Shown: positions 40,179 through 50,869 of the stretch, piece after piece
How the letters are laid out: each line of letters opens with the position of its first letter
Position numbering within the stretch: the first letter of the stretch is position 1
NCBI GenBank assembly: GCA_024405635.1
Contig: JAKSOL010000003.1
Span: 124,046 to 188,045, forward strand
Origin: Salinivirgaceae bacterium
GTDB taxonomy: Bacteria; Bacteroidota; Bacteroidia; Bacteroidales; SZUA-534
Reading direction: 5' to 3'
Length of the DNA stretch: 64,000 nt
Program-made: the position numbers and the translations under genes
Notes under the pieces: model-generated
The model's input: the letters and a program-made list of their open reading frames with translations, nothing else
What the model was told of the DNA's origin: nothing
The model's database searches: none

Positions 40179-40886
40179 ATGCATGCGCTTTTAATCAGTA
40201 ATTCAACAATGGCAGGCGAGCCATTCCTTCAATATTCAAAGCCTGAAATAGGTCGTTTTTTGCAAGGAAAAAACAATGTGGTGTTTGTTCCTTATGCCAA
40301 TGTGTCAATGAGTTACGACGATTACGAAACCAAGATTAACGAATGTCTAGCAACTGTTAATGTGCAAGTTAAGTCTATTCACAGGTTTGCCGACCCAAAA
40401 GCCGCAGTTGCATCCGCCGATGCAATAATGGTTAGTGGCGGTAACACTTGGTTCCTTACTCACGAGTTGAATAGGCTAGGTTTGATGCAAGTTATTCGTC
40501 AAGCTGTTCAAAATGGAGCCTATTATGTTGGTTGGAGTGCAGGCGCCGTAATAGCAAGTCCAACAATGCAAACTACTAACGACATGCCAATTATTGACCC
40601 ACAAGGAATGCTATCACTTGCTTTGGTTCCTTTTCAAATCAATCCACACTACACCGATGGCGTGATTCCTAATCATGGTGGCGAAACACGTGCTGTGCGC
40701 ATTAGTGAGTTTGTTTCAGTTAATCAAAATGCAACTGTAGTTGGTTTGCCCGAAGGTTGCATGTTTTTGCGTAATGGATTGGAACTTAAATATATAGGTA
40801 ATCGTTCAGCTAAAATTTTCAAGTATGGAAAAGATGCCGAAGAAATTCCTGCAAAATCGAATTTCAACTTTTTATTAAACTTGTAA
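40179..40886 (+). CDS. pepE: Dipeptidase E
   Basis: LLISNST, GGNTW, GWSAGA, NPHY, HGGETR. Confidence 0.93.
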   Translation: MHALLISNSTMAGEPFLQYSKPEIGRFLQGKNNVVFVPYANVSMSYDDYETKINECLATVNVQVKSIHRFADPKAAVASADAIMVSGGNTWFLTHELNRLGLMQVIRQAVQNGAYYVGWSAGAVIASPTMQTTNDMPIIDPQGMLSLALVPFQINPHYTDGVIPNHGGETRAVRISEFVSVNQNATVVGLPEGCMFLRNGLELKYIGNRSAKIFKYGKDAEEIPAKSNFNFLLNL

Positions 40887-40889
40887 TAT

Positions 40890-41519
40890 ATGTGGCAGAT
40901 TATTTCGGGAAGTTTATTGCTGAGCCTTGTTCATGCTTGCATTCCAAATCATTGGCTGCCAATAATAGCGCTCGGGAAAAGTGAAAAGTGGACCATTCGC
41001 GAAACTATAAACGCAACTATTTTAATTGGTTCGGCTCATATTTTAAGCACCATTATGGTGGGTACACTTATTGGAGCTGCTGGATTACGAATATCGCAAA
41101 CCTATGAAGAACTAACTGAGTTGATATTCCCTTGTATGTTAATTCTCATAGGCTTGATTTACATTGTTTTAGATATTGTTGGGCATAACCATCATCACCA
41201 TCATTTTGAAGTGAGCACCGAACTGCGCAAAAAATCGCGTTGGGCAATACTTGGTTCAATGGCGGTGGCAATGTTCTTCTCGCCATGTCTTGAACTCGAT
41301 GTTTTTTACCTTCAAGCAGGTACTTTTGGTTGGGCCGGCATCATAACAACATCGCTTGTATTTTTGTTTGCAACAGTTTTAGCAATGACAATGCTTGTGT
41401 ACGTTGGATTAAAAGGATTAAACCATATAAATTGGCACTATTTGGAGCACCATGGTAAAATGGTAAGTGGAATTGTGCTTATTGCCGTTGCAATAATGGC
41501 CTTACTAATCGAATTATAG
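40890..41519 (+). CDS. His-rich membrane protein, nickel/cobalt transporter-like
   Basis: HA.IPNHW motif, HNHHHHH loop, SPC, about six TM helices. Confidence 0.65.
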   Translation: MWQIISGSLLLSLVHACIPNHWLPIIALGKSEKWTIRETINATILIGSAHILSTIMVGTLIGAAGLRISQTYEELTELIFPCMLILIGLIYIVLDIVGHNHHHHHFEVSTELRKKSRWAILGSMAVAMFFSPCLELDVFYLQAGTFGWAGIITTSLVFLFATVLAMTMLVYVGLKGLNHINWHYLEHHGKMVSGIVLIAVAIMALLIEL

Positions 41520-41525
41520 GCTACT

Positions 41526-42059
41526 ATGAAAAAAATATTTGCAATTCTGCTATTGGCTTTGAGTTTTCAAACTTCGGCACAAATACTCATTCCTAAAAAA
41601 GACTACGTTCCCGAAAAACGTATTGCGCGTTACTCTTTCTGTATCAGCTTGTTGCCTGCTCCAAATAGTGGAGCCGTTTCGTTTGGCATTCATCGCATGG
41701 CACCCGATAGTACAGTTGAAGTTAATTTTATTCGATACGAAACTTTTTTGCGCCAATTTTCGGGTAACGAAGAGTGCCGAGCCAATCCAGACCGAATTGA
41801 TTTTCTTGAAAAACTTGGCATTGAACAATACATAATCAAAGAGGCTTGGAAACTCCGATATGCTACCTATCCATTTGGCAAATCGCAAGTGCAAGGTTGG
41901 GGCATGGAAAACGGAATGCCTAGTCCCGCACAGATGGAAGAATTGAAACAATTTGGTATTGAGCGCATTAGCGATGTAATTTACGGCGACAACCTATTCA
42001 ATTTATTGCGAAAACTTAACGACCCAGCGTGGGTTGCCAAGTATAAACTATTACGATAG
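41526..42059 (+). CDS. Hypothetical secreted protein
   Basis: Signal peptide ending SAQ; no motif recognised. Confidence 0.7.
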   Translation: MKKIFAILLLALSFQTSAQILIPKKDYVPEKRIARYSFCISLLPAPNSGAVSFGIHRMAPDSTVEVNFIRYETFLRQFSGNEECRANPDRIDFLEKLGIEQYIIKEAWKLRYATYPFGKSQVQGWGMENGMPSPAQMEELKQFGIERISDVIYGDNLFNLLRKLNDPAWVAKYKLLR

Positions 42060-42152
42060 TTGGTGATTTCTTGTTGATTATATGCCTCGGTAGTTAGGTG
42101 TTTCTTTTGAGCGATTGGTTACTTTTAAAACCTAACTAATCATACTCAAAAT

Positions 42153-42947
42153 ATGAAACAATACGTTGATTTTCTGAATCATATACTAACCAACGGTCAC
42201 GAAAAAAGCGACCGTACGGGCACAGGAACCATCAGCACGTTTGGTTATCAAATGCGTTTTGATTTAAATGAAGGTTTTCCTTGCTTAACCACCAAAAAAC
42301 TCTATTTGCGCGCTATTATTCACGAGTTGCTTTGGTTCTTAAAAGGCGACACTAACATTAAATATCTGCACGACAACAAAGTAACAATCTGGGACGAGTG
42401 GGCCGACGAAAACGGCGACCTTGGTCACGTGTACGGATATCAATGGCGGTCGTGGCCAACTCCAAATGGTGGTCACATTGATCAAATTTCAAAACTTATT
42501 AACGATATCAAAACCAATCCCGATTCTCGCCGATTGATAGTAAGTGCATGGAATGTTGCCGACATTGACAGCATGGCGCTTCCTCCTTGCCATTCGCTGT
42601 TCCAATTTTATGTAAACGACGGACGATTGTCGTGCCAGCTATATCAACGCAGCGCCGATGCTTTTTTGGGTGTCCCATTCAATATAGCCTCTTACGCCTT
42701 GCTTACAATGATGGTGGCTCAAGTTTGTGACCTTAAACTTGGCGAGTTTATTCACACGTTTGGCGACTTGCACATATACAAAAATCACCTTGAACAAGTG
42801 CATTTGCAACTCACACGTGAGCCTCGTAAACTGCCAACCATGTGGATTAATCCTGAAGTGCGCAATATTTTTGATTTTAAATACGAAGATTTTCGTCTCG
42901 ATAACTACGACCCTCATCCTTCAATAAAAGGAGATGTGGCTGTGTAG
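42153..42947 (+). CDS. thyA: Thymidylate synthase
   Basis: DRTGTGT, ELLWF, MALPPCH, YQRSAD.FLGVPFN. Confidence 0.98.
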   Translation: MKQYVDFLNHILTNGHEKSDRTGTGTISTFGYQMRFDLNEGFPCLTTKKLYLRAIIHELLWFLKGDTNIKYLHDNKVTIWDEWADENGDLGHVYGYQWRSWPTPNGGHIDQISKLINDIKTNPDSRRLIVSAWNVADIDSMALPPCHSLFQFYVNDGRLSCQLYQRSADAFLGVPFNIASYALLTMMVAQVCDLKLGEFIHTFGDLHIYKNHLEQVHLQLTREPRKLPTMWINPEVRNIFDFKYEDFRLDNYDPHPSIKGDVAV

Positions 42948-42972
42948 TTGAACAATATAAACCGATTTGATT

Positions 42973-44199
42973 ATGATGGACAATGTTTCTTCTTCTGGTT
43001 TTGCACTTGCAGCCGATGGTTTAATGCCTTGCGAAGAGATGCTCGAAGTGATTAATAAAAGCAAGAAGATGCAGATTGCGCTGCCTCGTGAATCGTTTGC
43101 TGACGAAAATAGAGTAGCACTTGCTCCTCATGCAGTTGGTTTTCTTGTAAATCAAGGTCACGATGTGATTATTGAAAAAGGGGCAGGTGAGCGTGCTCGT
43201 TTCGATGACGCAAAATACGTAGCCGAAGGTGCTCGTATCTCTACAAACCGAGCTGAACTTTATTCAAGTGAAGTAATTGTTAAGGTGCTGCCTCCAACCT
43301 TCGAAGAACTTGATATGATGCCAGGAAAGCAAGTTCTGTTCAGCTCATACGATATCCATTCGCAAGATTGCCGATACATTCAAAAGTTGCTCGAAAAGAA
43401 AATAACCGCTGTAAGTTTTGAGTACTACAAAGACAAACGAGCCGACGAATATCCTATTGCACAAAGTATTAGCGAAATTTCTGGTTCAACAGCAGTTATG
43501 ATTGCTGCTGAGTATTTGAGCAACGAGCATGGCGGAAAAGGAGAAATGTTAGGTGGAGTTAGTGGCATTAGTCCAACTGAAGTTGTTATTCTTGGTGCAG
43601 GAACTGCTGGTGAAAGTGCGGCTAGAACAGCAATGGGCTTGGGTGCAACTGTAAAAGTTTTTGATTTGTCAATTACCAAGTTGCGTGCTATGCAAGAGCA
43701 TTTGGGTCAGCGTTTTTTTACATCAGTATTGCAGCAAAGAGTATTGCTTAAAGCGCTTCGTACGGCCGACGTGGTTATCGGTGCTTTGTACGAAAATAAT
43801 GACCGACATCGTGATTTTATTGTTATGGAAGATGCTGTAACTCAAATGAAACCGCGTTCGGTGATTGTCGATTTGTGTATGAATCAAGGCGGTTGCTTTG
43901 AAACTTCGCAACGAACTTCTTTTGCCAATCCTGTTTATTACACAGCAGGTGTTGCGCATTATTGTGTTCCAAACATTCCATCAAGAGTTGCTCGTACAGC
44001 TTCGTATGCTGTTAGCAATGTTTTGGTTCAATTGTTGATTGAATTGGGCGAGGCTGGTGGCATTAACCAATTAGTGCGACAACATTATGGGGTGCGTTGC
44101 GGTACTTATGTGTTCAATGGAATTTTGGTCAAAGAATGTGTTGCTTCACATTTTGGAATTCCATTTCAAGACATCAATTTGATTATGGCAGCTTTTTAG
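42973..44199 (+). CDS. Alanine dehydrogenase / PntA-dI-like protein
   Basis: ENRVAL.P, GAGTAG Rossmann motif, QGGCFETS, YCVPNIP; catalytic positions look altered. Confidence 0.8.
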   Translation: MMDNVSSSGFALAADGLMPCEEMLEVINKSKKMQIALPRESFADENRVALAPHAVGFLVNQGHDVIIEKGAGERARFDDAKYVAEGARISTNRAELYSSEVIVKVLPPTFEELDMMPGKQVLFSSYDIHSQDCRYIQKLLEKKITAVSFEYYKDKRADEYPIAQSISEISGSTAVMIAAEYLSNEHGGKGEMLGGVSGISPTEVVILGAGTAGESAARTAMGLGATVKVFDLSITKLRAMQEHLGQRFFTSVLQQRVLLKALRTADVVIGALYENNDRHRDFIVMEDAVTQMKPRSVIVDLCMNQGGCFETSQRTSFANPVYYTAGVAHYCVPNIPSRVARTASYAVSNVLVQLLIELGEAGGINQLVRQHYGVRCGTYVFNGILVKECVASHFGIPFQDINLIMAAF

Positions 44200-44230
44200 T
44201 TTGCTCTTTTTGTTCTTAGTATAAAAAAAG

Positions 44231-44264
44231 AAAAAGCCTCTTGGTTTTTCCAAGAGGCTTTTTT
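44231..44264. terminator. Bidirectional terminator
   Basis: AAAAAGCCTCTTGG/CCAAGAGGCTTTTT. Confidence 0.8.
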
Positions 44265-44283
44265 GTATTGCAGAGCAATCGTA

Positions 44284-45540
44284 TTATTTAATACGAACGT
44301 CTTTCATCTCTTTGTCGTAAACACCAGCATTCAATTTTTCACGAATCTCTTTAAATGCGTTCAATGTGTAATCAACGTCTTCAATTGTATGAGCAGCAGT
44401 TGAAATGATACGGAAGATAACCATACCTTCTGGAATAACTGGGTAAGTTACAATTGAGCAGAAGATTTTGTAGTTCTCGCGCAAGTCAAGAGCCATGTTT
44501 GCAGCTTGGTTTGCTCCACCCATAATGTGAACAGGAGCAACACATGCTTCAGCTGGACCAATCTCAAAACCAAGGTCGCGGAAACCTTTGTGCAAACGGT
44601 TTGTTACTTCCCAACATTTTTTGCGCAAACGATCACCTTCTTCGCCACGGATAATCTCCAAACGTTTCAAGCAACCTTCAACAATTGGCATAGGCAACGA
44701 CTTAGCATACATTTGCGAACGCATGTTGTATTTTAAGTAATCAATAATTCTTTTTTCGCTGGCTACAAAACCACCAATTGTTGCCATTGATTTTGCGTAA
44801 GCACCAATGTAGATGTCAATGTCGTCCATTACACCAAAGTGCTCTGAAGTACCACGTCCGGTTGGTCCCATCAAACCAAAACCATGAGCATCGTCAATTA
44901 AGATGCGGAATTTGTATTTCTTTTTCAAAGCTGCAATTTGGTCCAAAATACCAAGTGCACCAGTCATACCATAAACGCCCTCGGTAATAAGCAATACGCC
45001 ACCGCCTTGTTCTTCTGCAACTTTGCAAGCAACTTTAAGTTTCTTTTCGCAACTCTCAATGTCATTGTGACGGAATGAGAATGATTTACCTTGGTGTAAA
45101 CGTTTACCGTCCAACAAGCAAGCATGTGCTTCAGCGTCGAAAACAATAACGTCGTGGCGGCATAGCAACGAGTCGATTGTTGAAACAATACCTTGGTAAC
45201 CAAAGTTGAACTCAAAAGCAGCCTCTTTGTGCTCAAATTCTGCTAGTTCGCGTTCAAGTTGTTCGTGCAATGCTGTGTGTCCTGAAAGCATGCGGCTACC
45301 CATTGGATAAGCCATACCCCATTTTGCGGCAGCTTCTGCGTCAACTTTACGAATCTCTGGGTGGTTTGCCAAACCTAGATAGTTGTTCAAACTCCAGTTT
45401 AGAACTTCTTGTCCGTTGAATGTCATATGAGGTCCTAGTTCGCCTTCCAATTTAGGAAAAGCAAAATAGCCTTCTACTCTGTCTCGGTATTGACCAATTG
45501 GTCCACCTGTTGATGCTTCAATTCTATCAAAAATGTCCAT
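44284..45540 (-). CDS. Alpha-oxoamine synthase, most like the sulfonolipid cysteate acyl-ACP transferase (SulA/CapB)
   Basis: GYFAFPKLEGELGPHM, WSLNNYLGLANHPE, DDAHGFG, AKSMA, SQMYAKSLP; subfamily assigned from recalled similarity. Confidence 0.78.
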   Translation of the reverse strand: MDIFDRIEASTGGPIGQYRDRVEGYFAFPKLEGELGPHMTFNGQEVLNWSLNNYLGLANHPEIRKVDAEAAAKWGMAYPMGSRMLSGHTALHEQLERELAEFEHKEAAFEFNFGYQGIVSTIDSLLCRHDVIVFDAEAHACLLDGKRLHQGKSFSFRHNDIESCEKKLKVACKVAEEQGGGVLLITEGVYGMTGALGILDQIAALKKKYKFRILIDDAHGFGLMGPTGRGTSEHFGVMDDIDIYIGAYAKSMATIGGFVASEKRIIDYLKYNMRSQMYAKSLPMPIVEGCLKRLEIIRGEEGDRLRKKCWEVTNRLHKGFRDLGFEIGPAEACVAPVHIMGGANQAANMALDLRENYKIFCSIVTYPVIPEGMVIFRIISTAAHTIEDVDYTLNAFKEIREKLNAGVYDKEMKDVRIK

Positions 45541-45697
45541 GTGTATGTTATTTTACGTTAAATTTCAAAAAACTGCGCAAATGTATTAAAAATAGTACAA
45601 CGACTATGGGTACAAACACCCACTATTACACGTTTTGCGTACGTTTTAGGTTTACTAATTTTCGTGTAGTTGTTTGTTGGAAATTACCATCAATTTG

Positions 45698-46096
45698 CTA
45701 TGCCACACCTTTCAACTCTATTTCAAAAATTAAGGTTGAGTTTGCAGGAATACTGTCCATTCCTCTTGATCCGTATCCCATTTCGGCTGACATGTATATT
45801 TCCCATTTGTCGCCAACGCACATATAAGGAATTGCAGCTTGCCAACCTCGAATTAGTTTGGTTAAGTGAAAAGCATCAGGATAACTTTGCTCCACATTGC
45901 TGTCAAATATTCGCCCATTTATCAGCCTACCAGTATAATAAACCGATACCACACTGTTTGTTCGGGCTTGCATTCCATCGCCTGTTTGCAATACTTTGTA
46001 ATATAGCCCATTAGTAATGCGTTTAATGTCTTCTTGTTTGCTTATTTCATCAAGAAAGTCAAGGTTTTTTTGCTTGTAGATTTCTTTGTTATTCAT
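45698..46096 (-). CDS. FKBP-type peptidyl-prolyl isomerase
   Basis: VYYTGRLINGRIFDS, LIRGW, GYG, IPANSTLIFEIEL. Confidence 0.93.
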   Translation of the reverse strand: MNNKEIYKQKNLDFLDEISKQEDIKRITNGLYYKVLQTGDGMQARTNSVVSVYYTGRLINGRIFDSNVEQSYPDAFHLTKLIRGWQAAIPYMCVGDKWEIYMSAEMGYGSRGMDSIPANSTLIFEIELKGVA

Positions 46097-46167
46097 AATA
46101 ATGTGCTATTTTATAATTAGTTATTAGAAATAATGCTTTTGAAAAGCACCATAACTTTTGGCAAAAG

Positions 46168-47082
46168 CTATTTTACTTCAAATTCGTCACCGTCGTTTGT
46201 TAAATATGTTTCAGCAAACACTTGTCGAGCTTCGTTTTGCAGAATTGTCAAATCTTTGTACCGGTTAGAATAATGACCAATCAATAACCGTTTAACATTT
46301 GCCGAAGCCGCAATTTCAGCTGCTTGACGGGCTGTAGAGTGGTGCATCGTTTTTGCACGTTCTGCATTGTCGTTGGCGTATGTTGCTTCGTGGTAAAGCA
46401 AATCGACTCCGTCTATCCATGGCACTATTTTGTTCAACTTTACGGTGTCTGATACAAAGGCGTATGAGTGTGGAGGTTCTGGGTCTTTGGTTAAAAATTT
46501 GTTCTCAAAAAAACGCCCATCGGGAGAGGTGTAGTCGGCACCTTCTTTTATGCTTTGTAATTTACTTATAGGTATCTCTAAAGCTTTGGCCATTTCTCCA
46601 TTTAGGTGTCGCAGCCTATTTTTTTCTTTAAACAAAAATCCGCAAGTTGGTATGCGGTGTCTAAGTGGAAATGAATAGATTGTCAGTTTGTCGTCTTCAT
46701 ACAAAAGATTCAATCCCGAATATTCCAAATGGTGAAAAATTATATTGAATCCAATTGGATGGTCAAAAGTGTCAAGAAAACAATTAATAAGTGTTTCAAG
46801 TTGGTGGTTTGCATATATGTGTAGGTCGTTTGTTCGACCTTGTAGTCCCATGCTTGAAATTAAACCAGGCAAACCAAGGTAGTGGTCGCCGTGCAAGTGA
46901 CTGATAAATATGTGATTTATGCGTAGCGGATTTATTTTGTATTGGCGCATACGTATTTGTGCGCCTTCGCCACAATCGATTAAAAAAAACCGCTCAAGCA
47001 CGTTGAGCACTTGAGCGGTTGAGTATCTATTGGGTGTAGGTGTTGCAGAGCTACAACCTAATATTTTCAAGCTAAAAGACAT
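46168..47082 (-). CDS. rnz: Ribonuclease Z
   Basis: DCGEG.Q, SHLHGDH, HEAT, HST, GHYSNRY. Confidence 0.95.
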   Translation of the reverse strand: MSFSLKILGCSSATPTPNRYSTAQVLNVLERFFLIDCGEGAQIRMRQYKINPLRINHIFISHLHGDHYLGLPGLISSMGLQGRTNDLHIYANHQLETLINCFLDTFDHPIGFNIIFHHLEYSGLNLLYEDDKLTIYSFPLRHRIPTCGFLFKEKNRLRHLNGEMAKALEIPISKLQSIKEGADYTSPDGRFFENKFLTKDPEPPHSYAFVSDTVKLNKIVPWIDGVDLLYHEATYANDNAERAKTMHHSTARQAAEIAASANVKRLLIGHYSNRYKDLTILQNEARQVFAETYLTNDGDEFEVK

Positions 47083-47088
47083 AAGTCT

Positions 47089-47433
47089 TTATTCGCTAAG
47101 AATAATTTTTTTAGCAGAGTCAATGTCTTTTGTAATGTTGAGAACTGTGTCAAGTTGCGAGATTGTAATCAAGCGTTCAACAGCAGTTTGCAATCCAACA
47201 AGCACAAATGTTCCGCTTGCATTTTTGCATAGACGATTGGCCACCAAAATGGCGCTTAAACCAGATGAATCACAATAGCGGCAATTGCTTAAATCAAGAA
47301 TTATGTTCTTTTCACCATTACCAGCAATAAGTACTAGTTCTGATTTAAGTGATGGCGCAATGTGTGTGTCCAATTTGTCAATCAACACTTCAATTTGTGT
47401 AAAATTGTCTAGTTTTTCTATTTTGAATTCCAT
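47089..47433 (-). CDS. STAS-domain anti-sigma factor antagonist
   Basis: ILDLS..RYCDSSGLSA; ATG at 47433; TATCTTTG promoter at 47460-67. Confidence 0.9.
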   Translation of the reverse strand: MEFKIEKLDNFTQIEVLIDKLDTHIAPSLKSELVLIAGNGEKNIILDLSNCRYCDSSGLSAILVANRLCKNASGTFVLVGLQTAVERLITISQLDTVLNITKDIDSAKKIILSE

Positions 47434-47498
47434 AGTCAAATATGTTGGTTTGGTTTTCTCAAAGATAACAAAACAATTTTCCCTGCAACTATTTTTTA

Positions 47499-49313
47499 TT
47501 ATTCTTCAGCTTTTTTATCGCTTTTTTTAGCCTTTTTTGACATTTCGTCTTTCAAGGCAGCTAGTTCTGCGATGTCACCAAGAGTGGTTTTCTCCAATGT
47601 GTCAGCCAATTTTTTGGTTGCTTTCTTGGTTGTTTTAGCAGCTGCTTCTTTTTTAGCCTTTTCTTCGCTACGTTTTTCGTCTTCAAATGTGCGAGAGTGG
47701 CTTACAATAATTTTCTTGCTGTCTTTGTTGAACTCAAGAACTTTGAAGCTCAATTTTTCGTCAGCTTTTGCTGCTGTACCATCTTCCTTAATAAGGTGTT
47801 TTGGTGTTGCAAAACCTTCAACTCCGTAAGGCAAAGCAATTACAGCTCCCTTTTCTGACAACTCGGTGATGGTTCCTTCGTGGATTGAGTCAACAGTAAA
47901 TGTTTCTTCAAATGCATCCCATGGGTTGTCTTCCAATTGTTTGTGACCCAAACGCAAGCGACGGTTGTCAACGTCAATTTCCAAAACAACAACCTCAATG
48001 TCAGCACCAATTGCGGTGAATTCTCCTGGGTGTTTGATTTTCTTGGTCCAGCTCAAGTCTGAAATGTGAATCAAACCGTCGATACCTTCTTCAATTTCAA
48101 CAAAGATGCCGAAGTTGGTGAAGTTGCGAACTTTTGCGGTGTGTTTTGTGCCAATAGCATATTTCTCGCCAATGTTCTCCCATGGATCTGGACGAAGTTG
48201 TTTCATGCCCAATGACATTTTGCGCTCCTCGCGGTCAAGAGTCAAGATAACTGCTTCTACCTCGTCGCCAATTTTAAGGAACTCGTTAGCGCTACGTAGG
48301 TGTTGGCTCCATGACATTTCTGAAACGTGGATAAGACCCTCAACTCCTGGGGCAATCTCAACAAATGCACCGTAATCGGCAATAACAACTACTTTACCTT
48401 TAACGTGGTCACCAACTTTTTGGTCAGCGTTTAGAGCATCCCATGGGTGAGGAGTAAGTTGTTTCAAGCCAAGAGCGATACGTTTTTTCTCGTTGTCGAA
48501 ATCAAGGATAACAACGTTAAGTTTTTGATCAAGAGCAACAATCTCTTCTGGGTGTTGGATACGGCCCCATGAAAGGTCGGTGATGTGAATTAAACCATCT
48601 ACGCCGCCAAGGTCGATGAATACACCGTAAGAGGTGATGTTTTTAACTGTACCCTCAAGTACTTGACCAACTTCCAATTTAGAGATGATGTCTTTCTTTT
48701 GAGCTTCAAGTTCTGCCTCGATAAGAGCTTTGTGTGATACAACAACGTTTTTGAATTCGTGGTTGATTTTAACAACTTTGAATTCCATTGTTTTACCTAC
48801 ATAAACGTCATAGTCACGAATTTGTTTAACATCAATTTGTGAACCTGGAAGGAATGCTTCGATGCCAAATACATCTACAATCATACCACCCTTTGTGCGA
48901 CATTTGATGTAACCTTTGATGATTTCGTTTTCTTCCAATGCTTGGTTTACACGATCCCATGATTTCAAAGCGCGTGCGCGTTTGTGTGAAAGTGTAAGTT
49001 GACCGTTGCGGTCCTCTTGTGTTTCAACGTAAACCTCAACTTTGTCTCCAATTTTAAGGTCTGGGTTGTAACGGAATTCGCTGGCGTTGATTACGCCTTC
49101 TGATTTGTAACCAATGTTTACCAACACCTCACGTTTGTTGATTGAAACGATGGTTCCTTCAAACACTTCGCCTTCTGATACTGAAGAAAGTGTGTTGCTG
49201 TAAAGTTGTTCTAGATTGGCGTGTTCCTCTGCGGTAACAACAATGCCTTTTTCATAGGCTTCCCAATCGAAGTTTTCCAATGATGCGTTTGCACCAGAAT
49301 TTTGATTGTTCAT
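47499..49313 (-). CDS. rpsA: 30S ribosomal protein S1
   Basis: Six S1 repeats (AFLPGSQID, GLIHITDLSW, GLIHVSEMSW); ATG at 49313; TACTTTTG promoter at 49362-69. Confidence 0.97.
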   Translation of the reverse strand: MNNQNSGANASLENFDWEAYEKGIVVTAEEHANLEQLYSNTLSSVSEGEVFEGTIVSINKREVLVNIGYKSEGVINASEFRYNPDLKIGDKVEVYVETQEDRNGQLTLSHKRARALKSWDRVNQALEENEIIKGYIKCRTKGGMIVDVFGIEAFLPGSQIDVKQIRDYDVYVGKTMEFKVVKINHEFKNVVVSHKALIEAELEAQKKDIISKLEVGQVLEGTVKNITSYGVFIDLGGVDGLIHITDLSWGRIQHPEEIVALDQKLNVVILDFDNEKKRIALGLKQLTPHPWDALNADQKVGDHVKGKVVVIADYGAFVEIAPGVEGLIHVSEMSWSQHLRSANEFLKIGDEVEAVILTLDREERKMSLGMKQLRPDPWENIGEKYAIGTKHTAKVRNFTNFGIFVEIEEGIDGLIHISDLSWTKKIKHPGEFTAIGADIEVVVLEIDVDNRRLRLGHKQLEDNPWDAFEETFTVDSIHEGTITELSEKGAVIALPYGVEGFATPKHLIKEDGTAAKADEKLSFKVLEFNKDSKKIIVSHSRTFEDEKRSEEKAKKEAAAKTTKKATKKLADTLEKTTLGDIAELAALKDEMSKKAKKSDKKAEE

Positions 49314-49621
49314 TAAAATGTTTAAAATTAATAAGTTAGACTTTATTTTGTAAAAATCGCGCAAAAGTAATCTATTTGAACTAATTATACAAAAATGTTT
49401 GGCTTGTTTTTAATGTGTGGTTGTTAATTGTAATTTGTTTTGCATCAGCATTTTGTTGCAGTTTGCTTTGCTCTTTTTTTATTCAATTACAACATTTGGA
49501 GTTTTGTGCGGTTGTTGCTGAATGTTTAATATGTGTAGATTGTGTGTGGGTGTGGTTATAAATATCAACGGCCAAGCGTGTTTTGCTTAGCCGTTGAAAT
49601 GTTTTATTTATTGTTGGGTTG

Positions 49622-50401
49622 CTATTTCAATCCTGCCTTTAATGACCGTATTACTGCACTGTTGAATCCTGCATGGTCTAGTTCGTTCAGTCCCTTGATT
49701 GTTACTCCGCCTGGTGTGGTAACTTTATCAATGGCTTCTTCAGGATGCCAGCCTGTTTCTTTTAAAAGAGAAACGGCGCCTTGCATTGTTTGTAGTGCTA
49801 TTTGCTTTGCTTGATTGGGATAAAATCCCATTTCGCATCCGCCTTCCATTTGTGCGCGTATGTAACGCATTACGTATGCTATGCCACAGCTTGCCATCAT
49901 CATGCCAGGACCTACAAGGTTTTCGGCTACTACAAGTGTGTCGCCAACTATGTCGTATAATTCTTTAACTTGAGATTGTGCCTCGTCGGTTGCTGATTTG
50001 CCTTTTGCTATGAAACTCATGCTGGCTCCAAATTCTGCAGCAATGTTTGGTATTACGTAAAACAAGTTGCCTTCGGATTCTAGAGCTTCTGCAAGTTTGT
50101 CGGTGGTGAAATTGGCTGCATCCGATACAATAATCTGTTTCTTTAAATCCAAAATAGGTTTTATTTCGCCAATCACTATAGGCATAAGCCATGGTTTTAC
50201 TACCAATATAATAATGTCGGCGCCTTGGGCTGCCTCAATATTGTTTGTGGTTGTGGTTATTTGCGGATATTTCGATTTGAAACTATCAAGTAGTTGCTCG
50301 TTTTTGTCGGCTATGGTTATGTTGTCAACCTTGCCACTTTTTGCCCAACCGTGTATGAGCGCTCCGCCCATGTTTCCGGCCCCAATTACAGTAAGTTTCA
50401 T
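49622..50401 (-). CDS. proC: Pyrroline-5-carboxylate reductase
   Basis: IGAGNMG, VKP, IPN, VTTPGGVTI.GL; ATG at 50401. Confidence 0.93.
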   Translation of the reverse strand: MKLTVIGAGNMGGALIHGWAKSGKVDNITIADKNEQLLDSFKSKYPQITTTTNNIEAAQGADIIILVVKPWLMPIVIGEIKPILDLKKQIIVSDAANFTTDKLAEALESEGNLFYVIPNIAAEFGASMSFIAKGKSATDEAQSQVKELYDIVGDTLVVAENLVGPGMMMASCGIAYVMRYIRAQMEGGCEMGFYPNQAKQIALQTMQGAVSLLKETGWHPEEAIDKVTTPGGVTIKGLNELDHAGFNSAVIRSLKAGLK

Positions 50402-50539
50402 TGTGCTTTTGTTTTTTTTTAACTGCGGCAAAGGTAAGAATTTTGGAATTGCTGATTAGTGTGTAATTTTTGGCTACAATGAAATTTGATTTCATGTGTA
50501 AGAGGGGACTTTTGTATTAATTTATGATGGAAGTTGTAG

Positions 50540-50569
50540 TTTGGTATGAGAAATATTGTTATATATTTG
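50540..50569 (+). promoter_or_regulatory. Sigma70 promoter of the variable-protein operon
   Basis: TTTG at 50540-43 and TATATTTG at 50562-69. Confidence 0.7.
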
Positions 50570-50604
50570 CTCTCCATTTTTAACAACAAAAACAAATTTT
50601 TAAT

Positions 50605-50724
<120 letters not shown>

Positions 50725-50763
50725 ATATATAGTTGTCGGCCTTGCCGACACAATAATACATAG

Positions 50764-50805
50764 AGCGCTTGCCATGCTGCATTTGCAGTTGGCAGCGCTT
50801 TTTTT
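50764..50805 (+). terminator. Leader terminator / attenuator upstream of the 50870 gene
   Basis: AGCGCtTGCCA/TGGCAGCGCT stem with inner CTGC/GCAG, followed by T7; a second hairpin TGTCGGC/GCCGACA lies at 50734-50750. Confidence 0.75.
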
Positions 50806-50869
50806 GTTTTACGCGCTATGTTCAGCGAGAAACTTAAAATTTAGAAATTAAAACGTAACAATTTGAACT

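Noticed and set aside
47499-49313. Internal repeats in the 47.5-49.3 kb gene
   Set aside because: Normal S1-domain repeats of RpsA.
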